Part shown: positions 48,800 through 58,515 of the stretch, piece after piece
How the letters are laid out: each line of letters opens with the position of its first letter
Numbering within the stretch: position 1 is the stretch's first letter
Source: an uncultured Thermoanaerobaculia bacterium
Lineage (GTDB): Bacteria; Acidobacteriota; Thermoanaerobaculia; Multivoradales; Multivoraceae
NCBI GenBank assembly: GCA_951813015.1
Contig: CATOTG010000002.1
Coordinates: forward strand, 325,310-389,309
Direction: 5' to 3'
DNA: 64,000 bases
Position numbers and translations under genes: made by a program
The notes under the pieces: model-generated
Database searches by the model: none
Told to the model about the DNA's origin: nothing
What the model saw: the letters and a program-made list of their open reading frames with translations, nothing else

Positions 48800-49399
48800 G
48801 TGCTCACGATCGCCTCCATCGTGGAAGGTCACGGTGAAGTCGCGGCCCTGCCGATCCTTCTGCGGAGGATCGCGGCAGTGGTAGCGCCCGAAGAACCCAT
48901 CTCCGTGCCCCGACCCATCCGGGTAAAGCGGCAACTCGTAGTGAAACCCGGAGAGTTGGAGCGGTATGTCGAGGTTGCCGCGAGCCGAGCCGGTGCCGGA
49001 GGAGCAATCCTGCTCGTGCTGGACGCCGATACCGACTGTCCGGCTGAACTCGCCGTCGAGTTGTGCCGGCGCGCCCGAGCCGCACGGGCGGACCGTGCCA
49101 TCCGCACCGTACTGGCCAAGGCGGAGTACGAGTCGTGGTTCGTCGCCGCGGTCGAGTCGATTGCGGAACGGCCGCTGCACGCTGTCGCACCGCCGCCCGA
49201 TCCAGAGTCGATCAGGGACGCCAAGGGCTGGTTGAGTCGAAACGCGCTGGCTCACGGAACCTACCGCCCCACACGCCACCAGGCCAGATTCACTGCTGCC
49301 TTCGACCTGAGCGCCGCGCGGTCGGCGCCCTCGTTCGACAAGCTGTGGCGTGACGTAACCTCCCTGCTCGTTCCGCCGGCAACGATCATCTCCGAATGA
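48800..49399 (+). CDS. DUF4276-like (TOPRIM-type) partner of the ABC ATPase
   Basis: IVEGHGE, LDAD..CP, EYESWF.A, PE....AKGWL, Y....HQ, SFDKL; stop overlaps the drmA start (ATGA). Confidence 0.82.
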   Translation: MLTIASIVEGHGEVAALPILLRRIAAVVAPEEPISVPRPIRVKRQLVVKPGELERYVEVAASRAGAGGAILLVLDADTDCPAELAVELCRRARAARADRAIRTVLAKAEYESWFVAAVESIAERPLHAVAPPPDPESIRDAKGWLSRNALAHGTYRPTRHQARFTAAFDLSAARSAPSFDKLWRDVTSLLVPPATIISE

Positions 49400-52300
49400 G
49401 CGAACCGAACAACCACGACGCTGCGGCCGTGACGTCTCTCGATGTCCGCCGGACCCTCGTCGAAGCGATCGAACTCGACCTCATCGGCCCATGGCGAGGT
49501 CACGAGCTTGCCCGGGAGCGGCTGCCGGTTTTCGAGGCGCCATCCAACTGGTACCTCACCGGCTTCCTGATTCCGACCGGAACGCCGCCGGAACTGAGCC
49601 GGGACGACGAGCAGGACGACGGCGGGCCTGACGAGACGCCCGAGCGACCCGGCCTCGCCGAGGAATCGACGGAGGGCCGGATGGCAGCGAAGAAGCTCTT
49701 CTTCCCTTCCTCGATGGGTCTGAGCTTCCTCGCAACCGCGGACAGCCGGCTCGATGTCTCCGTTCGCTGGGGCGACTACGAACTGGTCGCAACCGCCACC
49801 GATGCTGTGGAAGGCGACGGCGGCAACGACAAGGCCGGGGCGCAATACTGGCAGCGGAACACCGGAGAGGAGACCGTGGAGATCGCCCTCCAGATAGCGA
49901 CGGAGGAGCCCGTCCACGACGTACCCGGCTCGGGCGGGCTGAGACTTCACGTCGAGCAGAGGCCCATCTCCCAGATCGCCTCCATCCCCGAAGGCACGCG
50001 GGCTGTCAGCGTGTTCCTCGTGAACGAGCGGGAGCCTGCGACTTCGCTCCAGGACACCGAGCCGACCTACGCGTTCCAGGCCGAAGTCGAGATCCGCAGC
50101 GAACAGCCGTTCGTGCCGAGACCGGACCCACGCTCGGCGGAGACCGATGACTGGGATGAACAGGTCGCGGCCCTTCACTACCTGGACGCCCCGAGCTACG
50201 CCACCGGTCACAACGTCGGCGCCACCTGGGACGTCGACAGCGACGGGAAGTGCCGGAAGATCCGCACGACCTGGATGCCCCGGGCAGAGGTCGAGAAGAC
50301 GGAGACCAGCGAACCGGACGGGGTCGACCTGTCGATGGACCGGCTCGGCCAGCTTGCCGGCGCCGACGATGCGGACAGGACCCTGCGACCGCTCGTCGCC
50401 GCTTACCGCGAGTGGATCAACGAACAGCGCAGGGCGCTCGAGGAAGTTCCCGAAGAGCACGCGGAGACCGCGGTCGAACTCCTCGATCAGGCCAAGTTCG
50501 CCGCCTCGCGGATGGAGCGAGGGGTCGAGGCGCTCCAAAGCGACGAACAGGCACTCGACGCCTTCCGCCTGGCGAATCGCGCCGTGGCCCAGGCTCTTCG
50601 GCGCCGAACCCCTGAGGTCTTCGAAGATGCAGCGCCCCGATGGCGGGCATTCCAGCTCGCCTTCATCCTGCTGAACCTCGCGCCGCTCGCGGACCCCACC
50701 GACCCGCACCGGGAGATGGTCGACCTGCTCTTCTTTCCCACCGGCGGCGGCAAGACGGAGGCCTACCTGGGTCTCGCCGCCTTCGCGATCGTACTGAGGC
50801 GGCTCCGGAATCCGGAGGCGGGCGGGCGGGCAGGCGCGGGCGTCTCTGTTGTCATGCGCTACACGCTGAGGCTGCTGACCCTCGATCAACTCTCGCGCGC
50901 CGCGGGCCTGATCTGCGCGCTGGAACTGGAGCGGGCCGACGCGCCCGAGCGCTACGGCGAGTGGCCGTTCGAGATCGGCCTGTGGGTCGGCAGGGCGGCG
51001 ACGCCGAACCACATGGGGCGAAAGGGCGCCGAACCGCCCGGTTCCGCCCGCCAGAAGGTGCGGCGCTTCAAGGCGAAACCCGGCTACGAGCCGTCACCCG
51101 TCCCCATTGAGGACTGCCCCTGGTGCGGTACGAAGTTCGAGCCCAGCTCCTTCACGCTGCAACCGAACGACGACGAGCCGACCAACCTGCGCGTGATCTG
51201 CGCAAACTGGGAGTGCGAGTTCTCCGGCGACCGGCCGCTCCCCATCGTCGCCGTCGACGAACCGTTGTACCGCCGCCTGCCCTGCTTTCTCGTTGCCACG
51301 GTGGACAAGTTCGCGGCCCTGCCGTGGGAGGCCCGCGCCGGCGCGCTCCTCGGCGGCGCCGACCGACACGATGCGGAGGGCTTCTACGGCGCGGCGGCGC
51401 CGAGCCGGGGCCAGCCGCTGCCCTCGCCCCTGCCGCCGCCCGACCTCATCGTCCAGGACGAACTCCACCTGATCTCCGGACCCCTGGGGTCGATGGCCGG
51501 CCTCTACGAGACGGCGGTCGAGGCGCTGGCGCTCCGCGGTTCCGGCAGCCGCGGCGCGAAACCGAAGATCGTCGCCTCGACCGCCACCACCCGGCGGGCG
51601 CAGGAACAGATCCGGGCCCTCTTCGGCCGTCAGATGACCCGCGTCTTCCCGCCGCTCGGACCGTCGCGGCGCGACTCGTTCTTCTCCCAGGTCGTACCGG
51701 CGAGCGTGAAGCCGGCTCGGCTATACCTCGGCATCGCGTCGCCGGGCAGGAATGCGAAGGTCCAGATGCGGCGCGTTCTGCTGCCGCTGATGGCGGCGGC
51801 GCAGCAGGCCTTCCGGAACGCGGGCGGCCACGACAACGAGAACAACGCCGCCGACCCGTACATGACGGTGCTTGCCTACTTCAACAGCCTTCGCGAACTC
51901 GGCGGTGCGCGGCGCATCGTCGAGGAGGAGGTCCAGAACACTCTGGGCCGCTACGGAGCAAGGCGCAGACTGAACCAGGAGAGGAGGTACTTCCGCGATC
52001 GCGGGCGTCTCTACGAGCCGCTGGAGTTGACCTCCCGGGTCTCGACGGCCCAGGTCGCCGCTGCGCGACGGCGGCTTGGTCAGCCTTTCCATGCGACGGA
52101 CCGGGTCGACGTGGCCCTGGCGACGAACATGATCTCCGTCGGCCTCGACATCCAGCGACTCGGGCTCATGGTCGTCATGGGTCAGCCGAAGACGACCGCC
52201 GAGTACATCCAGGCGACCAGCCGAGTCGGCCGCGCAGACGCGAAGCCCGGTCTCGTCATCACCCTGCTCAACGCCCACAAGCCGCGCGACCGCTCCCACT

Positions 52301-52821
52301 ACGAACGCTTCCGGCACTACCACGAGACCTTCTACCGCGCGGTCGAGGCTGGAAGCGTCACGCCGTTCGCGGCCCGGGCGTTGGACCGGGGAATGGCCGG
52401 AACCCTCGTCGCGCTCGCTCGGCACGCGGAACCGTCTCTGACGCCGGCCACCGCTCCGCCAGGGCTCGCCGAGGTCCGCGCGCAGCTCGAGGCACTGCTC
52501 CTCGATGCGTTCTCCGAGCGGCTCAGCCGCCAGAACATGCCGGAAGCCGAGCGGGAAGAGAAGCTCGGCTCGGTTCGTCGGCGCGTAGGCGACCTGCTCG
52601 ACTCCTGGCAGTACGTCGTGGACGACTATCGGGACACCGGCACCGCGGTGAAGTACCAGCAGTACGAGCGGGAGCAGGGCAAACCACTGCTCCGCGAGAT
52701 GTTGGACACGGACTTCGAGTCACCCCATCACAAGAAGTTCCGCGTCAACCGCTCGCTTCGTGACGTGGAGCCCCAAGTGAACCTGTTCATCACGAAGCCG
52801 GCCGGTGGCGGAGCGGATTGA
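49396..52821 (+). CDS. drmA: DISARM helicase DrmA
   Basis: WRAFQLAFIL, FPTGGGKTEAYLG, MRYTLRLLTLDQ, TVDKFA, QDELHLISGPLG, YFNSLRELG, ATNMISVGLDI.RLGLM, EYIQATSRVGR, RDRSHYE.F. Confidence 0.95.
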   Translation: MSEPNNHDAAAVTSLDVRRTLVEAIELDLIGPWRGHELARERLPVFEAPSNWYLTGFLIPTGTPPELSRDDEQDDGGPDETPERPGLAEESTEGRMAAKKLFFPSSMGLSFLATADSRLDVSVRWGDYELVATATDAVEGDGGNDKAGAQYWQRNTGEETVEIALQIATEEPVHDVPGSGGLRLHVEQRPISQIASIPEGTRAVSVFLVNEREPATSLQDTEPTYAFQAEVEIRSEQPFVPRPDPRSAETDDWDEQVAALHYLDAPSYATGHNVGATWDVDSDGKCRKIRTTWMPRAEVEKTETSEPDGVDLSMDRLGQLAGADDADRTLRPLVAAYREWINEQRRALEEVPEEHAETAVELLDQAKFAASRMERGVEALQSDEQALDAFRLANRAVAQALRRRTPEVFEDAAPRWRAFQLAFILLNLAPLADPTDPHREMVDLLFFPTGGGKTEAYLGLAAFAIVLRRLRNPEAGGRAGAGVSVVMRYTLRLLTLDQLSRAAGLICALELERADAPERYGEWPFEIGLWVGRAATPNHMGRKGAEPPGSARQKVRRFKAKPGYEPSPVPIEDCPWCGTKFEPSSFTLQPNDDEPTNLRVICANWECEFSGDRPLPIVAVDEPLYRRLPCFLVATVDKFAALPWEARAGALLGGADRHDAEGFYGAAAPSRGQPLPSPLPPPDLIVQDELHLISGPLGSMAGLYETAVEALALRGSGSRGAKPKIVASTATTRRAQEQIRALFGRQMTRVFPPLGPSRRDSFFSQVVPASVKPARLYLGIASPGRNAKVQMRRVLLPLMAAAQQAFRNAGGHDNENNAADPYMTVLAYFNSLRELGGARRIVEEEVQNTLGRYGARRRLNQERRYFRDRGRLYEPLELTSRVSTAQVAAARRRLGQPFHATDRVDVALATNMISVGLDIQRLGLMVVMGQPKTTAEYIQATSRVGRADAKPGLVITLLNAHKPRDRSHYERFRHYHETFYRAVEAGSVTPFAARALDRGMAGTLVALARHAEPSLTPATAPPGLAEVRAQLEALLLDAFSERLSRQNMPEAEREEKLGSVRRRVGDLLDSWQYVVDDYRDTGTAVKYQQYEREQGKPLLREMLDTDFESPHHKKFRVNRSLRDVEPQVNLFITKPAGGGAD

Positions 52822-54665
52822 TGGCCAAGGCCAAGGGAACAGGTGCGCCTACCGGCAGCATTCGCCGCAGTCAGGTCATCACGACCTACGGACCGGGCGC
52901 ACTGATCGACCTGCCCCACGACTCCGCCATCGTCGGCGGGCTGGATTTCTGGCCACGGCATGGTTCTCTCGAGCAGATAGACGAACCCAGGCTCAGCGCC
53001 AGGCTGCGCAGCCTGACGGGCGGCACGCTGCCCGCCCTCCACGCCCCGCCCGCCGCTTCGGACCGGCCCGGCGACGCCTCGGCCGGCATCGACGCGCCCC
53101 GGTTCCCCGAGTGGTTCGTCGTGCAGCGGGAGAAGTCCTCAGCCGACCATCAGGGCGGCCGCCGTTCGCGCCGCCTGGTTCAACGCAAGTCGCTCGACGA
53201 ACGACGCAAATTCAAGAACCTGGTCCATGGCGGCCAGCCGGTCGTCGCGATCCGCTTCGTGCGCGGCTGCCCGCGCGGCCATGTCGACGACATCGACTGG
53301 TGGAGCTTCGTCCACCGCGGCGTGACGGACTGCCGGGGCGAACTGGGAATCGAGGAACAGGGCACCGGCGGAGACCTCTCGAACCTCTTCGTTCGCTGCA
53401 GTTGCGGCAACTCGCGGGGGCTGCACGAAGCCAAGGAGATGGCCGACCGGCCGCTCGGTCACTGCAGCGGCGCCCGACCGTGGCTGGGCCGACACGCCAA
53501 CGAGGAGTGCGGCGAGCCGGCGCGGCTGCTGATCCGGACCGCCACGAACGCGTGGTTTCCGCAGATCGTCACGGTGCTCTCGCTGCCGAAGCCGAGCGAG
53601 GCGGTCGACGGCATCGTCGCCGAACTGTGGGACGACCTGGAGATCGTCACCGAGCAGGACGAACTTCGGTTCCTGAAGAAGAAGCCGAGAGTCGAGGCCG
53701 CCCTGCACGGCGTCGACGACGCCGACGTGCTCGCGGCAATCGAACGCCGAAAGGCGGGCGACCCGGACGACCGACCAGTCAAGCTCGCCGAACTGGACGC
53801 CCTGCTGAAAGCGCCGGAAGGCTACGACGACGACGTGCCGGTCGACGACCGATTCCACGCCCGGCGCCTGCCAGAGTCCGTATGGCGGGAGGGTGCACGG
53901 CCCTTCGCGGACCGGATAGATGCCGTCGTGCAGGTTCACCGCCTGCGCGAGGTTTCGGCACTCACCGGTTTCACCCGCTTCGAGGCGCCGACACCGGACA
54001 TCCTGGGGGAGGTCGACACGGATGTGGAGCGCGCCGCGCTCGCGCTGGAGCCCGCCTGGTTCCCGGCCGTGGAGAACCGGGGCGAAGGCGTCTTCGTCCA
54101 GTTGGCGACCACAGCCGTTGCGGAGTGGTGCGGCCGCGAGGATGTCCAGATGCGCTGCGCCACTCTGGCCGCGGGCCACGAGCGCCGTGAAGCGGAACGA
54201 CCGACGAGTGCGAAGCGGCGGCCGTTTCCGGGCGGCCCCTACATCCTCCTGCACACGCTGTCTCACCTGCTGATCACGTCCCTGGCGCTGCGCTGCGGTT
54301 ATCCCGCGGCATCGATTCGGGAGCGCGTCTACGTCGACGAAGTCGCGAAGAGGTACGGACTCCTCCTCTACACCGCCAGCGCCGACGCCGAGGGAACGCT
54401 GGGCGGCCTCGTACAGCAGGCCCGGACCATCGGAGAGCATCTCCGCCACGCTCTCCTCCTCGGCCAGCTCTGTTCGAACGACCCGGTCTGTGCCCACCAC
54501 CGACCCGACCACAGCGCCGAGAAACGGTGGCTTCACGGCGCCGCCTGCCACGGCTGCACGCTGATCGCCGAGACCTCCTGCGAGACGCGGAACGACCATC
54601 TCGACCGCAGCCTGGTTGCGCGGATCATCGGCGGCGGCGCGGGCTTCTTCGGTCCGATCGAGTGA
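52821..54665 (+). CDS. drmB: DISARM DrmB (DUF1998)
   Basis: IRRSQVITTYGPGA, LHTLSHLLI, CGY...SIRER, GTLGGLV, CSNDPVC, GAACHGC..IAETSCE.RN..LDR. Confidence 0.95.
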   Translation: MAKAKGTGAPTGSIRRSQVITTYGPGALIDLPHDSAIVGGLDFWPRHGSLEQIDEPRLSARLRSLTGGTLPALHAPPAASDRPGDASAGIDAPRFPEWFVVQREKSSADHQGGRRSRRLVQRKSLDERRKFKNLVHGGQPVVAIRFVRGCPRGHVDDIDWWSFVHRGVTDCRGELGIEEQGTGGDLSNLFVRCSCGNSRGLHEAKEMADRPLGHCSGARPWLGRHANEECGEPARLLIRTATNAWFPQIVTVLSLPKPSEAVDGIVAELWDDLEIVTEQDELRFLKKKPRVEAALHGVDDADVLAAIERRKAGDPDDRPVKLAELDALLKAPEGYDDDVPVDDRFHARRLPESVWREGARPFADRIDAVVQVHRLREVSALTGFTRFEAPTPDILGEVDTDVERAALALEPAWFPAVENRGEGVFVQLATTAVAEWCGREDVQMRCATLAAGHERREAERPTSAKRRPFPGGPYILLHTLSHLLITSLALRCGYPAASIRERVYVDEVAKRYGLLLYTASADAEGTLGGLVQQARTIGEHLRHALLLGQLCSNDPVCAHHRPDHSAEKRWLHGAACHGCTLIAETSCETRNDHLDRSLVARIIGGGAGFFGPIE

Positions 54666-54837
54666 CGATGTACCGGGCCGCACCTCCGCCGGCATCGGCG
54701 ACCGGCACGACCGGGCGAAGGTGCTTAGGCAGCACAGGCAGTCATTTGCCGCCGACCCGCCCACGGAACAGCAATCCAGGAGGTTGCCGGACCTGCCTGC
54801 CTTCTCGCGGAAACCGCCTGACCGCAAACCGACAGGC

Positions 54838-55635
54838 GTGAACGAGCAGGCATTCAACGCTCTGATCGAACTTCCGGCGCATCTCCGGAGCTCGCTGGCG
54901 GCCGCGCTGGACGCAGGTCTGCTCCGGTTCGACTCCACCGCGACGGCCGTTCGGGCCAACCTGTCGCCCGGGGCCGACCGGGAGGGGCAGGTGCTCCGAC
55001 TGCTCGGCGCCTGGCGGCGGCTCGGTCTCTCCGAACCAGCGGCCGCCGCGTGGCTTCGAAGCCTGAACCGACTCGCGGGCGCCTCCCCGGGCCCCGACTT
55101 CGTGTGGTCCGGGCCGGAGGTTCCCGGCCTTCACGCCCGCGACACGCGGCGTGTCTACGACGAGGTCATCGGCGCGGCGTCCCGGTCGATCTGGGCGTCC
55201 ACGTACGCCTTCTTCGACGGGGAACGCGCCTTCAGGGTTCTGGCCGAGAAGATGGACGCACTGCCCGCCCTCGACGTCACCCTGCTGCTGAACATCCACC
55301 GCGGACGCGGCGTCACGACCGCCGCGGACCATCTTGTTCGCAGCTTCGCGGACAGCTTCTGGAAGCGAGAATGGCCCGGCGCCGCGCGGCCCACCGTGTT
55401 CTACGACCCGCGCTCAGTGGAACCGGATGGTCCGAAGGGCGTTCTCCACGCGAAGGCCGTCGTGGCCGACGAAGAAGTCGTCTTCATCACCTCGGCCAAT
55501 TTCACTGAAGCGGCGCTCGACCGCAACATCGAGACCGGTCTCGTGTCCCGGGACCGTCACCTTGCCCTGACCGCCGTCAGGCACTTCAGGGCGCTGATCG
55601 ACCGCAAGCTGCTGCTGCCTCTGCCGATGGACTGA
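54838..55635 (+). CDS. drmC: DISARM phospholipase D-like nuclease DrmC
   Basis: VWSGP...G...RDT, HKD motif LHAKAVVAD, TSANFT..A..RNIE.G. Confidence 0.92.
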   Translation: MNEQAFNALIELPAHLRSSLAAALDAGLLRFDSTATAVRANLSPGADREGQVLRLLGAWRRLGLSEPAAAAWLRSLNRLAGASPGPDFVWSGPEVPGLHARDTRRVYDEVIGAASRSIWASTYAFFDGERAFRVLAEKMDALPALDVTLLLNIHRGRGVTTAADHLVRSFADSFWKREWPGAARPTVFYDPRSVEPDGPKGVLHAKAVVADEEVVFITSANFTEAALDRNIETGLVSRDRHLALTAVRHFRALIDRKLLLPLPMD

Positions 55636-55782
55636 CGCCAACCCTCGCAGCCGGCGCAGGAGCGGCGCTTCCGGGCGGGAGACGCATCGTCAGGGGTCGC
55701 CAGCACGCGGCGTCAAGGGGCGCGGCCGCGGCGGACATCGCGACGGTCGTTGGAGCTTGCTCCTCTTCATCTCCGCGCTGCC

Positions 55783-57123
55783 CTACTCCACGATCGCCTG
55801 GTAGGTCAGCACCTCCATCGTCGGACGCAGCGGATAGGTGCCCGTCGGCAGCAACTGGGTCAGCACCATGCCGACGACTCGCTCCTCGGGGTCGACCCAG
55901 AAGTCGGTCGAGGCGGCGCCGCCCCAGCCGTAGGCGCCGGGCGAAGCCGGCAGACCGGTCAGGCCGGTGTCGGTGACCGAGTACCCGCCCAGGCCGTAAC
56001 CCATGCCCTCGCTCATCCCCATGTCGAGGTTGAGGCTCGACATGGGCGACGGCCCGTAAGCCGATCCGAGGTGGTTGTCCATCATCAAGGCCACGGTCTG
56101 CGGACCGAGGATCCGCACACCGTCGAGCGCGCCGCCGTTCGCGAGCATCTGGGCGAACCGCAGGTAGTCGCCGGCGGTCGCGACCAGGCCGGAACCGCCC
56201 ATCTCGACCTTCGGCGGCTTGCGGTAGGCGCTGGTCTCGGGATCGTCCATCACGACGATGCCGCCCTCCGGCGTCGGCGCGTAGTTCACGGCAAGGCGAT
56301 CGAGCTTCTCGTCGGGGACGTAGAAGTCCGTGTCGACCATGCCCAGCGGGTCGAAGATTCGCTCCTTCAGGAACTCGCGGAAGGTCTGGCCGGAAGCGAC
56401 CTCGACCACCCGGCCCGCGACTTCGAGGCCGACGCTGTAGTTCCAGGCGGCGCCGGGGTGAGTGAGCAGGGGCTGCTTCGCCAGCTCCCGGACGTAGTGC
56501 GCCAGGTCGTCGTGGGGGACCGCGTCGGCCGAGCCTTCCAGACCGTTCGCCGCGTAGGAGGCAGCGACCGGGCTAGGGATGAAGGTGTAGGTCAGACCGG
56601 AGGTGTGGGTCATCAGGTCGCGGATGAGAATGGGCCGCCGCGGCGCCTCCGTCACCATGTCGTCGCCGTCGCCGGAGACGTAGACCTGCGTATCCGCGAA
56701 CTCGGGGAGAATCGCGGACAGCGGCGTCGACAGCAGGAAGTGGCCCTCCTCCCAGAGGATCATCAACGCCGCCGAGGCAATCGGCTTGGTCATCGAGTAC
56801 ATGCGGAAGAGGGTGTCCTCGGCCATCGGCTCGCCGGCCTCGACGTCCTGGTTGCCGCTGGCTTCGAAGTGAACGACCTGGCCGTCTCGCGCGACGACGG
56901 TGACCACGCCGGAGAGCTTGCCTTCCGTCACGTAGCTCTCGAACGCCGGCCGGATCCGGTCGAGCCGCTCGCTCGACATGCCCGCGCTTTCGGGTGTCGC
57001 GCGGGGGAGGCCGGCGAAGGTATCGGCGCCCGCGCCGCCAGTGTCCTGAGGGGCGCAGGCCGCAAGCAGGACGAAACAGGTCGCGACGATCAAGGCAACG
57101 ATTGAGAATGGTCGATGGCGCAT
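55783..57123 (-). CDS. Serine hydrolase, beta-lactamase class C-like lipoprotein
   Basis: Lipobox LAAC, FRMYSMTKP (SxxK), LMTHTSG, W.YS, WGGAAST.FWVDP. Confidence 0.9.
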   Translation of the reverse strand: MRHRPFSIVALIVATCFVLLAACAPQDTGGAGADTFAGLPRATPESAGMSSERLDRIRPAFESYVTEGKLSGVVTVVARDGQVVHFEASGNQDVEAGEPMAEDTLFRMYSMTKPIASAALMILWEEGHFLLSTPLSAILPEFADTQVYVSGDGDDMVTEAPRRPILIRDLMTHTSGLTYTFIPSPVAASYAANGLEGSADAVPHDDLAHYVRELAKQPLLTHPGAAWNYSVGLEVAGRVVEVASGQTFREFLKERIFDPLGMVDTDFYVPDEKLDRLAVNYAPTPEGGIVVMDDPETSAYRKPPKVEMGGSGLVATAGDYLRFAQMLANGGALDGVRILGPQTVALMMDNHLGSAYGPSPMSSLNLDMGMSEGMGYGLGGYSVTDTGLTGLPASPGAYGWGGAASTDFWVDPEERVVGMVLTQLLPTGTYPLRPTMEVLTYQAIVE

Positions 57124-57155
57124 GGGAAACCTCCCGGTTGAACGTGTTGCCTCGC

Positions 57156-58472
57156 TCAGCTTTCGCCGAGCAGCCAGGCTTCGTCGAAGCTGACGTGCTT
57201 GATGCTCTTGCCCTGGCCACCGTCGTCGAGCTCGCCGGCAACGTGGTAGCTGTAGGTCACGTGGATGCGGCCGTCGCCGGACTGAATCACCGACGGATAG
57301 TGATAGCGGCCGACGCCCTTCTCCTCGCGCTCGATGTAGCGCCGGCGCTTGAAGGTCCTGCCCTCGTCCTCGGAGACGGACACCGCGAGCCGGTAGCGGC
57401 CGTCGGGGATGTCGTTGTGGACCGCAATCCAGCGGCCGCTCGCGAGCTTCAGGACTTCCAGCCCGGCGCCGGTCTCGACCAAATCCGGGTGGTCGCGGGC
57501 GATGGACCAGGTGGCGCCGAAGTCCTTCGACTCGGCAACGTGGGCGCGCTTGGGCGGCGGCCCGTTGTCGCGCATGAAGGCCAGGAGCGTGCCGTCGCGG
57601 CGAAGCGCGAAGGTGGGCTGAACGCTGCCGCCGCCGATGATCGGCTCGGTGAACGTCCAACTGTGGCCGCCGTCGTCGCTGTAGGTCGCGGCGGCGAAAC
57701 TGAAGCCGTCCGAGTAGAGCCCCAGGAGCAGCCGCTGGCCGCCCTCAGGAAGAGGGAGGACGACCGGATGCGCGCGGGTGAACCAGCCGATCCGCCGGGT
57801 CAGCTTGTCCGCAGCCTGCTCCAGGTTGCGCGCGGCCCACGCCCGGGACGACTCCGGGGCGGCCGGATCCGACGCGCCGGCGAAGCCCAGGCTGCGAAAG
57901 TACTCGTCGGTCCTCGCCGCCACCAGGTCGTGGAAGCCGTCGCCGGGCTTCATGTGGAGCACGTCCTGCCAGTCCCACACCGGCGGCCCCGGGGCCTCGA
58001 AGTCGGTCGACACCTTGACCTTCATCAGGGCGCTCTGCCAGAGATTCGCCTGAATCGTGGGCCAGAACAGCCACAGCCGGTGTCCGCCAGCGCTCACCGG
58101 CTCCAGCAGCAGGGTGCAGTTCGTGTCCGGGAAGCCCGGCGTGTCGGCGAGCAGGAACGGCTCGCTCCAGGTTTCTGCGCCGGCCCGCATCCGGGCGCCC
58201 AGGATGCGCACGTCGTCGGCTGTCCGCTCCCCCGAACCGTGGAACCAGGCCACGAGCAGATCGCCATTCGGCAGCTCCACGAGAGAGGACCCGTGGTTGT
58301 GCCAGTGCTCGAGCGGGAAGATCAGCTCCCCCACCGGACCCTGGGCATCCGATCCCTCCTGGGCCGTGGCCGGCAGGGTGGCAAGAGCGGCGAGCGCCGC
58401 AAGGACCAGGGTCAGCCGAACCCGTGTGGCGCGTTTCGCGCCACGCGCGCCCCACCTCCGGGCGCCAGTCAT
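57156..58472 (-). CDS. Exo-alpha-sialidase-like BNR/Asp-box protein (start uncertain)
   Basis: HGSSLVELPNGDLLVAWF.G..E, SDDGGHSW, SKDFGATW, SEDEGRTF, YHYPS. Confidence 0.85.
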   Translation of the reverse strand: MTGARRWGARGAKRATRVRLTLVLAALAALATLPATAQEGSDAQGPVGELIFPLEHWHNHGSSLVELPNGDLLVAWFHGSGERTADDVRILGARMRAGAETWSEPFLLADTPGFPDTNCTLLLEPVSAGGHRLWLFWPTIQANLWQSALMKVKVSTDFEAPGPPVWDWQDVLHMKPGDGFHDLVAARTDEYFRSLGFAGASDPAAPESSRAWAARNLEQAADKLTRRIGWFTRAHPVVLPLPEGGQRLLLGLYSDGFSFAAATYSDDGGHSWTFTEPIIGGGSVQPTFALRRDGTLLAFMRDNGPPPKRAHVAESKDFGATWSIARDHPDLVETGAGLEVLKLASGRWIAVHNDIPDGRYRLAVSVSEDEGRTFKRRRYIEREEKGVGRYHYPSVIQSGDGRIHVTYSYHVAGELDDGGQGKSIKHVSFDEAWLLGES

Positions 58473-58515
58473 CGAGCACCCGGATGGCACTCCGGCGGCG
58501 AGTCCTCGAAGGGCG

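Larger units (their letters stand above)
26612..55635. other. Defence island built around class I DISARM with nested cargo
   Basis: Contiguous SNF2/SWIM, drmD-drmMI, ATPase-protease, ASCH, TcmP/DUF5131, HNH, IS3 relics, TA pair, ATPase-DUF4276 and drmABC, between metabolic genes. Confidence 0.85.

Noticed and set aside
26591..55659. 10-bp direct repeat GCCGGCGCAG at 26591-26600 and 55650-55659 as possible island att sites
   Set aside because: Short and GC-rich, so plausibly chance; no integrase or tRNA nearby; needs an empty-site genome to test
55783..57123. Antibiotic-resistance beta-lactamase
   Set aside because: Motifs fit the broad esterase/serine hydrolase family; resistance cannot be inferred from sequence
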